The notes beneath the pieces were generated by a model. That model saw nothing but the letters and a program-made list of their open reading frames with translations. It did no database searches and was not told the origin of the DNA. 64,000 nucleotides of DNA, taken from positions 64,001 through 128,000 of the forward strand of contig CAWHAE010000018.1 of assembly GCA_963827235.1 (NCBI GenBank). Reading direction: 5' to 3'. Below are positions 39,564 to 48,188 of this stretch, in pieces. Source of the stretch: an uncultured bacterium. Its GTDB lineage: Bacteria > Chloroflexota > UBA5177 > JANWHV01. Within the stretch, counting starts at the first letter, position 1, and each line of letters opens with the position of its first letter. The position numbers and the translations under genes are program-made.

Positions 39564-40598
39564 TTACGGGTTGATGATCACCTTGTTCCGGTCCGGGCTG
39601 GCCATCACCTCCATGGCCTTGTGAATGTCCTGCAGCGGGAAGCGGTGGGAGACGATCTTCTCGATATCCACCAGCCCGGTTTCCATCAGGCGAATAGCGC
39701 TTTGCATGGCGAGTGGCGTGGTGCTGAAGCTGGCGTCCATGCGAGCCTCGAGGAAGTGAGCCAGCCCGCCGTCAAGCTCAAACTTCTCATGTGTGGTGAT
39801 GCCGAACACGTTCCAGTGCGTGCCGCGCCGTAACAGATCGACCATCAGCCTGACCGCTTCTATGGGCCCGGCGGCCTCGACCACCAGATCCGGACCGTTG
39901 GGAATGATGCCGTACACGAGCTTCTTGACCTCCGGGTCGCTCGCGTTGACGGCGTGTGTGGCACCGAGCGTCAGGGCATGCGCGAGGGCGTGGGGACTGG
40001 TGTCCACGGCGATCAGCCTGCCGGCGCCCGCGGCGCGGGCTACCATCAGGCAAAGCAGCCCGATTCCTCCCACGCCGATCACCACGACGTCGTCGCCAAC
40101 TGTCATCTCGCTGTGCTGGATCACGCCCTTCCAGGCACCTGAGAGGGGCTCGGTCTCCGCGGCGGCGTCAAATGAGATGCTGGCCGGCTTGTGGTACAGG
40201 CAGTTCTCCTTGGTCAGCATGTACTCCGCGAAGGCGCCGGGCCAGATGTCCACGGGACCGTCACCGCCCGTGGTGAAGGCGCGCTCGCAGTAGTGGGACT
40301 TGCCCATGCGGCAGTCGCGGCAGAAGCCGCAGTACCCCGAGGGCGAGCAGATCACTTCGTCCCCGACCTTGAAGTGATCGACGCCGGGACCGATTTCGGC
40401 CACCACGCCGGAGGGCTCGTGCCCGGCGATGAACGGGAAGCTCACGTTGCGCCGGATGCCCTTGACGGCCTTGTAGTCGGTAGCACAGATGCCGCACGAC
40501 CTGACTTTCACCAGCACGGTCCCCGGCACGGTGGGCTCGGGAATGGGAACATCTTCCAGTCGCAGGTCGTTGAAATCGTGGAGGACGGCGGCAAGCAT
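39564..40598 (-). CDS. Zinc-dependent alcohol/polyol dehydrogenase (MDR family)
   Basis: CGICATD, GHEPSG, CGFCRDC..C, IGVGGIGL. ATG 40598 after AGGAG. Confidence 0.93.
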   Translation of the reverse strand: MLAAVLHDFNDLRLEDVPIPEPTVPGTVLVKVRSCGICATDYKAVKGIRRNVSFPFIAGHEPSGVVAEIGPGVDHFKVGDEVICSPSGYCGFCRDCRMGKSHYCERAFTTGGDGPVDIWPGAFAEYMLTKENCLYHKPASISFDAAAETEPLSGAWKGVIQHSEMTVGDDVVVIGVGGIGLLCLMVARAAGAGRLIAVDTSPHALAHALTLGATHAVNASDPEVKKLVYGIIPNGPDLVVEAAGPIEAVRLMVDLLRRGTHWNVFGITTHEKFELDGGLAHFLEARMDASFSTTPLAMQSAIRLMETGLVDIEKIVSHRFPLQDIHKAMEVMASPDRNKVIINP

Positions 40599-40665
40599 CG
40601 GTCTCTCCTGTCCTGTCTCGGGGACTTCACCGGAAAGCCGGCCGGACCACCCGGTCGCGTCCATC

Positions 40666-40707
40666 CCCGGTAGCTCATAATACCAGCTGGTATTATGAGC
40701 TACCGGG
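40666..40707. repeat. Perfect 42-bp palindrome overlapping the dehydrogenase promoter
   Basis: cccggtagctcataataccag|ctggtattatgagctaccggg. Confidence 0.97.
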
Positions 40708-40720
40708 TTGAGCTTGTCAA
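40692..40720 (-). promoter_or_regulatory. sigma70 promoter of the Zn dehydrogenase
   Basis: Minus strand TTGACA-N17-CATAAT. Confidence 0.8.
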
Positions 40721-40777
40721 GGCAGCGCCGATCGGCGCACGCCTGGTCAACCTGCTGTCGCGCCCGGTGGTCTTCGC

Positions 40778-42052
40778 TCACTGCAACGGATAGGCGCGAG
40801 AGCGGCGAACCGCGTCGTAGAGCGCCAGCAGGTTCTCCGTCGGAATGCCTGCCTGCACGTTGTGAATGGTGGTGAACACGAAGCCTCCGCCCGGCCCAAA
40901 GACGCGCATGCGCTCCCGCACCATCGCCCGCACTTCTTCCGGCGTGCCGAAGGGCAGGACGCGCTGCGTGTCGATGCCGCCGCCCCACAGCGTTACCCGC
41001 TGTCCGTACCTGGCCTTGACCGCCGCCGGATCCATGTCGGCGGCCGACGTCTGGATCGGGTTGACGATGTCGAAGCCCGCCTCCACGATGTCGTCCAGCA
41101 GCCGCCAGACGGAGCCGCAGGAGTGAATGAAGGTCTTCCAGCCCGTCTGCTGGTGGATCCAGCCGTTCAGTCGGGTGTGGAACGGCTTGAACAGCTCCCG
41201 GTACATCTTCGGCGAGACCAGGGGCCCGCTCTGTGCGCCGAAGTCCGTGCCGGTGACGAACGCCACGCTCACGCGGTCGCCCACGACCTGGTAGATGCGC
41301 GCCAGGTTCCGCAGCGCGATCTCCGTCTGGCGATCGAACAGCTCGTACACGAAGTCACGGCGAGCGCTCAGGCTCATGTACCATTCCGCCACGCCACGGA
41401 TGCCTCTGGGATGCTTCAGTCCCATGCCGCAGACCCGCGTGATGTCGCCGAGACTCGTACCGCCGAACGAGCCCACGATGGCCCGGCCGGTGGCTGCGAG
41501 GCGCTCCGTCTCGTCGCGCAGGAAGCCGAGGTCCTGGTCGGTGATCGGGCCCACTTCCTCCAGATTGTCGTCGACCGTGAGGGTTTCCTCGTCAATCGGT
41601 TCCTGCCGCTCGATGGCGTCGAAGTACAATCCACCGCTCGGCATGCGCGCCGAGGGCGGCGCCGAGCGGTCTCCCTCCGGATACATCAGCAGATCGCCGT
41701 TCGGCTCCCGCTCGGTGTTGAACCCTGCGGGAACCAAAGTCGGCGTGCCGTCGAACGCCGTCCACGGCTTCCAGCCTTCGTTGCGATAGCCGTACCGGGT
41801 GACAGGCAGCGTCAGGCCGACGACATCCACCCCGAGCGCATCCAGCAGGTCCTGCGCGATCTCGCCCAGCATGTGATAGGGATCGATCACCTTGACCGGG
41901 GTGCCGGGTGGATCGAGTCTCAGGGCCTGACGCAGCAGGTAGACGGAGTTTACTACCATGCCGGAGGCGCCGGTGGCGCCCAGATCGAGCGGCACCATGT
42001 CGGGCTCCTTGTGGTCGAGTGCCAGTGCGACCCGCTCTAGCGACGTGTGCAT
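40778..42052 (-). CDS. Uroporphyrinogen decarboxylase/methyltransferase-like protein
   Basis: TSLERV..ALDHKEPD.VPLDLG, GTDFGAQSGPLVSP, FIHSCGS, NPIQTSA, WGGGIDTQ..LPFGTPEEV, GGGFVFTTIHN. Confidence 0.88.
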   Translation of the reverse strand: MHTSLERVALALDHKEPDMVPLDLGATGASGMVVNSVYLLRQALRLDPPGTPVKVIDPYHMLGEIAQDLLDALGVDVVGLTLPVTRYGYRNEGWKPWTAFDGTPTLVPAGFNTEREPNGDLLMYPEGDRSAPPSARMPSGGLYFDAIERQEPIDEETLTVDDNLEEVGPITDQDLGFLRDETERLAATGRAIVGSFGGTSLGDITRVCGMGLKHPRGIRGVAEWYMSLSARRDFVYELFDRQTEIALRNLARIYQVVGDRVSVAFVTGTDFGAQSGPLVSPKMYRELFKPFHTRLNGWIHQQTGWKTFIHSCGSVWRLLDDIVEAGFDIVNPIQTSAADMDPAAVKARYGQRVTLWGGGIDTQRVLPFGTPEEVRAMVRERMRVFGPGGGFVFTTIHNVQAGIPTENLLALYDAVRRSRAYPLQ

Positions 42053-42121
42053 CTGCAGGTTCTCCCCTCACATGTATGGTGTGCCGCCCCTAGGGGGCGG
42101 TACACCATATGTCAGTCCAAT

Positions 42122-42176
42122 TGGTCATACCAGCCGAGCTACTGTGGACTCTAGTCGGCCGGGTAGCCGTTGTCAA
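42122..42176 (-). promoter_or_regulatory. sigma70 promoter plus FadR-type operator
   Basis: Minus strand TTGACA-N17-TAGAGT (42176-42148). TGGTCATACCA at 42122-42132. Confidence 0.75.
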
Positions 42177-42328
42177 GAGTGCCTGCCACGTGGTGCAGCG
42201 ATGCGCCTGCTCGAGACCGAGGATATCTTGTCCGGCGCCGTTCGCCGCCGCTCCCAGGCGAAAAGACCGCTCGCGGCGCCGGCAGGCCGCCACTGCCGAC
42301 GCCCAACGGGAGATTCGCCAAGCGTGGC

Positions 42329-43090
42329 TCAGCTGTCGGTGAACGATGCCGCGCTCTCCGGCTCCTGATCGATCCTGAACCCCTGGGCCAGGAAATCGCC
42401 CTCGGTATGGGCGAGATGGACGCGCATGGCGTCGCGTGCTGCCTCGTAGTCGTGCCGCTCGATCGCATGCAGAATCGCGGCGTGCTCGTGCACGGTGCGG
42501 TCGATGGAGACGGCACCCCGGAAGCTCGCGATGCGGCTGGCACGCAAGAGGTCGGTGATTGGATGAGTCACCGTCGTGAGCAGCCGATTGCGGGCCGCGC
42601 GAATGATCAGCTGGTGGAACTCGAAATCCGCCTGCACGTAACCCTCGGGCGACCCGGGCTGCGTCTCCAGTTCGTGCACCGAACGGCTCATCGCGGCGTG
42701 ATCGGAGGGGAGAGAGCGCTGCGCGGCCAGTCCTGCTACCTCGACCTCCAGCAGCCTGCGCACCTCCAGCAGCTCGGCGAGCGTGACGCCTTCGCGCCGG
42801 AGCAGCAGCTCGAGGAAGTCGCGCATCGGCCCGCCAGAAGGGCTGCCCACCAGGACGCCGGTGCCCTGCCTGATGGTCACGATTCCCCGCGCGGCCAGCA
42901 CCTGCAGCGCCTCGCGGATGACCGTGCGGCTGACGCCCAGCATGCTGCAAAGCTCGCGCTCGGAGGGCAGGAGCGTGCCCGTGGCGAAGCGCTCCTGGGT
43001 AATCATATCGATGAGCTTACCGACCACCTGCCGCGACAGGGTCTCGCCGGTGGCGCGCTTTCGGCGCTGCATCGGCTCGATCTCGGCCAT
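42329..43090 (-). CDS. GntR family, FadR subfamily transcriptional regulator
   Basis: LPSERELC..LGVSRTVIREAL..QGTG. FCD domain LLEVRRLLE..DFEFH..N..EH..I..AMRVHL. Confidence 0.95.
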   Translation of the reverse strand: MAEIEPMQRRKRATGETLSRQVVGKLIDMITQERFATGTLLPSERELCSMLGVSRTVIREALQVLAARGIVTIRQGTGVLVGSPSGGPMRDFLELLLRREGVTLAELLEVRRLLEVEVAGLAAQRSLPSDHAAMSRSVHELETQPGSPEGYVQADFEFHQLIIRAARNRLLTTVTHPITDLLRASRIASFRGAVSIDRTVHEHAAILHAIERHDYEAARDAMRVHLAHTEGDFLAQGFRIDQEPESAASFTDS

Positions 43091-43297
43091 GTCCGCCCTC
43101 CTCCGTAGGCCACTGCCGAAAGTGCATCGGCCCGGTCCGCCCTCTCCGTGGCGGCCATCCCCGTTCGCGCGGCCGGCCGTGCGGATCGCTCCCCAGCGGC
43201 AGGCGCGAAGCGCCATACTGGCAAGGAGCCGGCCTGCCTCGGGCGCCGCCCGGCCACTCGCGCGATCCTCAAGGCCGCAGCTCCCACTGTAACAGGT

Positions 43298-43327
43298 ATG
43301 ATAGCCCGGTTCTACCTCCGTTGTCAA
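43298..43327 (-). promoter_or_regulatory. sigma70 promoter of the FadR gene
   Basis: Minus strand TTGACA-N18-TATCAT. Confidence 0.65.
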
Positions 43328-43369
43328 AGTCACGCTTGGTAGGTTCTGGTAGTTGATGCCCCGAACCGA

Positions 43370-43415
43370 TTGACAACCCTATTCACCGGACATATAATAC
43401 CTTCCTGTTATACCA
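43370..43415 (+). promoter_or_regulatory. Perfect-consensus sigma70 promoter with a downstream FadR-like half site
   Basis: TTGACA(43370)-N17-TATAAT(43393), then ctgttatacca. Confidence 0.85.
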
Positions 43416-43762
43416 CCTGATAGTACTTGATCGAGCGTCCCGCGCGGCTCACCTGCCGCCTCTCATGGCGGCGCCCTTATTGCCGGCTATCGTCAGGTGC
43501 CCTCTGCCACCGGCCACATCGCCGGTCGCGAGCTTAGCCATATCCGTCTGGAAGCAGACTGAAGGAGCGGGTACCAGTGACTGCTGACCATCCTCGTCTC
43601 ATCAGCCGCGGCGCAGGTAGCCCGGCTGGCCCGGCACCCCTCGCCCTGCGAAAGCAGACAGCACGCGCAATCGCCAAGCAGCTTCGCGGACCGCTCCAGA
43701 CCGTGGAAACGCCGGCTGCCCGGCGCAGTGCGAGGCACTGCGAATTCCTTTGCCATGACGCC

Positions 43763-43820
43763 TTGACACGGCTTCCCTGGTAGCTCATAATACCAGTTGG
43801 TTATACCATCTGTTGTACCA
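43763..43820 (+). promoter_or_regulatory. sigma70 promoter and FadR operator of the SDR-ABC operon
   Basis: TTGACA-N17-CATAAT. TGGTTATACCA at 43798-43808. Three TACCA half-sites. Confidence 0.8.
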
Positions 43821-43872
43821 CCTGCCGGATTGATGCGTGCACCGCCCTGTGTGGCGTGAAGGAGCGTTCAGC

Positions 43873-44640
43873 ATGGGTGCCCTGGATGGCAAGCTCGTAC
43901 TGGTGACCGGGGCCGGCATCGGCATAGGACATGGTATCGCCCTCGAATGCGCCGCCGCGGGCGCAAGCGTCGTGTTCCACTACGCGTCCAGCGGCAAGGG
44001 AGCCCAGGATGCAGTGGAGAAACTGGCCGGCGAGGGCGTCCGAGCTACGGCGATTCAGGCTGATCTCAGCCGCGTGGACGAATGCACACGACTCGTGGAC
44101 GAAGCCGCGACTTTCCTGGGCGGCCTCGACATCCTGATCAACAATGCCGGCGTCAGCCGTATCAAGCCCTTTCTCGAAACCACGCCCGAAGAATACGAAT
44201 TCACCCTTAACCTGAACTTGCGCGGCTACTTCTTCAGCGCGCAGCGCGCCGTGCACTACATGCTCGAGCGCGGGGGTGGCTCCATTCTCAACATCTCCTC
44301 CGGCCAGGCGATCATCGGTATCGCCGGGCACGCCGCCTACGCCAGTACCAAGGGCGCCATCGTCAGCTTCAGCCGCGAGCTCGCCGTCGAGCTGGCACCA
44401 AAGCGCATCCGCGTCAACGCCCTCGGCCCGGGGCTGATCGAAGTGCCCAGGCTCTTCACCGACGTGCCAGGCTATACGCGCGAGCGTGGCGCCGCACAGA
44501 TTCCTTGGGGCCGGATCGGCTTTCCAGAAGACATCGGCCGGGTAGCCGTGTTCGTGGTATCGGACGCGGCCGACTTCATCACCGGCCAGATGCTGTACGT
44601 CGACGGAGGTACGACCGCGACGATTCCAAACGTGGTATGA
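43873..44640 (+). CDS. SDR family sugar/polyol dehydrogenase
   Basis: TGAGIGIG, NNAG, YASTK, NALGPG, GQMLYVDGG. AAGGAG RBS. Confidence 0.95.
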   Translation: MGALDGKLVLVTGAGIGIGHGIALECAAAGASVVFHYASSGKGAQDAVEKLAGEGVRATAIQADLSRVDECTRLVDEAATFLGGLDILINNAGVSRIKPFLETTPEEYEFTLNLNLRGYFFSAQRAVHYMLERGGGSILNISSGQAIIGIAGHAAYASTKGAIVSFSRELAVELAPKRIRVNALGPGLIEVPRLFTDVPGYTRERGAAQIPWGRIGFPEDIGRVAVFVVSDAADFITGQMLYVDGGTTATIPNVV

Positions 44641-44886
44641 GCACTGGGCTTCGGGAGGGAGGTGAGTAGGCCCGGTCGTACTCTCGTCGGGTGCGGCTCG
44701 ACAAATTGCGTACAGGAAGCACTTGATGTTGGCACTGGTGGTTTGCCCAGGAGATGCCCTGCGCGCCGGCGCCTGCCCAGGCATGCCGTCGTGAGGATGC
44801 GAACGGATGCCGGGGAGCCCGAACGACGCAGTGATCCGCCGCAGTCAGGCCACCAGTATATGGTTCCAGGGAAAGGCAGAGTTGCA

Positions 44887-46155
44887 ATGCACACCACTCT
44901 ACGAGTGATTGCGGCGACCGCTATCATCGCCACTATGGCCCTTGGATCGCAAGCCACAGGCGCGGCGATGCATCCATCCAAGGCAGAAGCAGCCAACGCC
45001 TCGTTGATCCAGTGGTATCACCAGTACGGCGAGCAAGGTACTCGCGAAGCCGTGAATCGATACGCACAACAGTATCAAAAGCAGACCGGCGTCAACGTTA
45101 GCGTGCAATGGGCCCTGGGCGACTGGGCGACGAAGATAGCCACCGAGCTGCTCAGCAATAACCCGCCGGACGTCTGGGAGACCGAGTATGTGACGCTTGC
45201 CAACATCCGCGCCGGCAACCTCACTCCGCTCGACGACCTGCTGACCCCGGCGGAGAAGGCCGACTTCGATCCGCGCTCGCTGCAGATCAATACCTGGAAC
45301 GGCCATCTCTACGCGATGCCGATGATCACCGATGTGCGGATCCTGTACTACCGGAAGAGCATGTTCCAGAAAGCCGGCATCAGCCATCCGCCCACCACGT
45401 TCGCGGAACTGCTGGCGGACGCCAAGCTGCTGAACAAGGGCGGTGTAAAGGGCATCTACCTGGGCAACAGCGGTGGCGCCGATGGTCTTGAGGGCGTTCT
45501 GGAGTTCTCGGCCGGCAACAACATCATCAACGGCAACAAAGTGGTGTTCGACACTCCGCGGGTGGACGCCGCGATGCAAGAGCTGCGCACGCTCAACAAT
45601 GCCGGCGTCTTGCTGCTCGGGGCGCCGACCGACTGGTTCGATCCGTCGGCCTTCATCCAGGGGTTGGACGCAATGCAGTGGTGCGGCCTGTGGGCCATGC
45701 CGGCAATCAAGAAGGCCCTTGGCGATGATTTTGGCGTCATCCCCTGGCCGGCGCTCGACAACCAGAGCAAGCCTGCTCTCTGGTGGCTCGGCTGGAACGA
45801 GGCAGTGAACGGCCATAGCAAGAACCTGGCCGCGGCCAAGGCCTTCGTGAAGTGGGAGTGGGTGCAGCAAACCGCCATCCAGGCCGACTGGGCAGTAGGT
45901 TACGGCTTCCATGTGCCGCCGCGGAAGTCCGCCGTTGCCGCGGCCTCCAAGCTGAAGAGCGGAGAGCCGGCGGTCGCGGTGTCCGACCTGTACCAGTACG
46001 CGCATACCACGCCGCCGACCTATGACGCGGCGATCTCCACCGATCTCACCGACGCCGCCTCCGCGGCGCTCAAGACCAATCAATCGATCTCGTCCCTGGT
46101 GCACACCGCCGCCGTCAAGGCTCAGGCGGAGCTCGACAAGGAACTCAAGGGCTAA
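44887..46155 (+). CDS. Carbohydrate ABC transporter substrate-binding protein
   Basis: Signal peptide. QWYHQYGE, LYAMPMITDVRILYYRKSMF, PTTFAEL. Confidence 0.92.
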   Translation: MHTTLRVIAATAIIATMALGSQATGAAMHPSKAEAANASLIQWYHQYGEQGTREAVNRYAQQYQKQTGVNVSVQWALGDWATKIATELLSNNPPDVWETEYVTLANIRAGNLTPLDDLLTPAEKADFDPRSLQINTWNGHLYAMPMITDVRILYYRKSMFQKAGISHPPTTFAELLADAKLLNKGGVKGIYLGNSGGADGLEGVLEFSAGNNIINGNKVVFDTPRVDAAMQELRTLNNAGVLLLGAPTDWFDPSAFIQGLDAMQWCGLWAMPAIKKALGDDFGVIPWPALDNQSKPALWWLGWNEAVNGHSKNLAAAKAFVKWEWVQQTAIQADWAVGYGFHVPPRKSAVAAASKLKSGEPAVAVSDLYQYAHTTPPTYDAAISTDLTDAASAALKTNQSISSLVHTAAVKAQAELDKELKG

Positions 46156-46265
46156 CGCGTCCGGCCGTCCGCGCTCGCGGCCCATCGTCCTCATGGCGCA
46201 TGTCCTGAGGGATGGGCCGTGTGGCCGGCGGCAACGGGGCTGGACCGAGAAAAGGGGCACGGAAG

Positions 46266-47225
46266 ATGTCCGGAGGCGTCGCGGGGATCACAACAGCGGG
46301 TGGCAGCAGCGCGCGGCGGCGCCAACAGTGGAGTACCGCGCTCTCCTTCTGGATATTTGTCGGGCCGCTCCTGGCCGGCTTGCTCGTATTTACCGCCGTG
46401 CCCATCGTCTGGGGCTTCGTGCTCAGCCTGCAAGATGCGCGGGGCTCCATCTCCGGACAGAAGTGGATCGGTCTGACCAACTACGCCGACATCCTCAACG
46501 ACCCGGCCTTCGTGGACTCGCTGCGCACAATCTCCATCTTTGCCGTGCTGATCGTGCCCACCACCTTTGCCGTGGGCCTGGCCCTGGCCCTGCTGGTCAA
46601 CTCGGCTCGGCATGGCCAGGCCTTCTTCCGCTCCGTCTTCTTTGTGCCCACGGCCTGTTCGTACGTCTGCGCTTCGCTCATCTGGCGCATGGGGCTGTTC
46701 AACGGCGTGCGCTTTGGCATCGTCAACACTGTGCTGGGCACCTTCTTCGGCATCGACCCCATCGCCTGGACGTTCTCCTCCCCCTACCGCTGGGTGGTGC
46801 TGGTCACCGTCCGTCTCTGGCTGCAGCTGGGGCTGGTAATGATTCTGTTCCTGGCCGGGCTGCAGGAGATCCCGAGTACGCTCTACGAGGCGGCGCGGGT
46901 GGATGGGGCTGAGCATGGCTGGGCCACCTTCCGGCACATCACATTTCCCTTGCTGCGTAACACCTCCATTTTCGTGCTCTTCATCCAGGTGATCGCGGCC
47001 TTTCAAGCCTTTGACGAGTTCTATAACGTGCTCGGCACTGGCCAGAGCGGCTCGAGCGCGGGTATCGGTGCCCGGCCGCCGCTCTGGTACCTGTACGACG
47101 TGGCCTTCGGGCAGCAGGACTACGGCATGGCCAGCGCGGGCGCGTTCATCATCGCCGGCATGATCCTGATCGTGTCCATCCTGCAGGTCAGTGCGTTTGG
47201 TCTTGGTCGATCGGAGCAGGGGTAA
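46266..47225 (+). CDS. Carbohydrate ABC permease (MalF-like)
   Basis: WIGLTNY, FFRSVFFVP, LAGLQEIP..LYEAARVDGA. Confidence 0.95.
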   Translation: MSGGVAGITTAGGSSARRRQQWSTALSFWIFVGPLLAGLLVFTAVPIVWGFVLSLQDARGSISGQKWIGLTNYADILNDPAFVDSLRTISIFAVLIVPTTFAVGLALALLVNSARHGQAFFRSVFFVPTACSYVCASLIWRMGLFNGVRFGIVNTVLGTFFGIDPIAWTFSSPYRWVVLVTVRLWLQLGLVMILFLAGLQEIPSTLYEAARVDGAEHGWATFRHITFPLLRNTSIFVLFIQVIAAFQAFDEFYNVLGTGQSGSSAGIGARPPLWYLYDVAFGQQDYGMASAGAFIIAGMILIVSILQVSAFGLGRSEQG

Positions 47226-47227
47226 GC

Positions 47228-48100
47228 ATGAACCCATACAGCCGTCAGGTTGGCGGTACCGCGCAGCGTCGCCGCCTGCCGAGGGGCAGAATGCTCGCCA
47301 TCTATGCGGTGCTTGTCGTGCTCAGCGCGATCTTCCTGTTTCCGTTCTATGTCATGCTGCGAAATGCCTTCCTGACCGATCTGGACATTACCAGCCCAGG
47401 CTTTGTCTGGCTGCCAAATCCACCGCATCTCGAGAACTTCTCCGAGCTCTTCTCGGACCCCGACGTCCCGATTCTGACCGGCCTGCGCAATTCTGCCATC
47501 GTCGCCGTCAGCACGACCATTTGCCAGATGGCCTTTGCCTGTATGGCCGGCTACGGCCTGGCCCGTGTCCCAGCTCGAGGCAAGGGCGTTGTGCTCGCCA
47601 TTATCCTGGGCACAATGATGATCCCGACGGCGGCCCTGTTCGTGCCCAGGTACGTGCTGGTGGACGATTTCGGCTGGGTCAACACCCTGCAAGGGATCAT
47701 CGTGCCCGATCTCTTCAGCGCCTTCTCCACATTCATGTTCCGCCAGTTCTATCTCGACTTTCCGCGAGAGATGGAAGAGGCCGGCCGCGCCGACGGTCTC
47801 GGCTACATGGGTCTGTTCTGGTTCCTGGCCCTGCCGAACTCCAAGGGCGTGATCACGGCCCTGGGACTGCTGGCGTTTATCTGGAGCTGGAATTCGTTCC
47901 TCTGGCCGCTCGTCATCGGACAGACCTCTGACCTGTGGACTGTTCAGGTTGACGTGTCCGCGTTCTTGACGGCCCAGACAGTCAATCTGCATGAGATATT
48001 CCTTTCTTCGGTCGTCGCCATTTTTCCTGTAGCCGTGCTGTTCGTCTTCGTGCAGCGCTGGATCGTCGAGGGCGTCAAACTGCAGGGCAGCAAGGGTTAG
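47228..48100 (+). CDS. Carbohydrate ABC permease (MalG-like)
   Basis: AGYGLAR, FPREMEEAGRADG, WNSFLWPL. Confidence 0.95.
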   Translation: MNPYSRQVGGTAQRRRLPRGRMLAIYAVLVVLSAIFLFPFYVMLRNAFLTDLDITSPGFVWLPNPPHLENFSELFSDPDVPILTGLRNSAIVAVSTTICQMAFACMAGYGLARVPARGKGVVLAIILGTMMIPTAALFVPRYVLVDDFGWVNTLQGIIVPDLFSAFSTFMFRQFYLDFPREMEEAGRADGLGYMGLFWFLALPNSKGVITALGLLAFIWSWNSFLWPLVIGQTSDLWTVQVDVSAFLTAQTVNLHEIFLSSVVAIFPVAVLFVFVQRWIVEGVKLQGSKG

Positions 48101-48188
48101 GTGGCGTGCAGCGGGACAGTATGACAAGGTGTTTCAGCCCGCAACGGGCTGGCGTGTGCCGCAGAAGCAGAGGGAGCAGAGCACAAAC

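Noticed and set aside
44730-44747. sigma54-like TGGCAC...TTGC upstream of the sugar SBP
   Set aside because: The spacer is 7 nt rather than the strict 5 nt, and no enhancer-binding protein is nearby.
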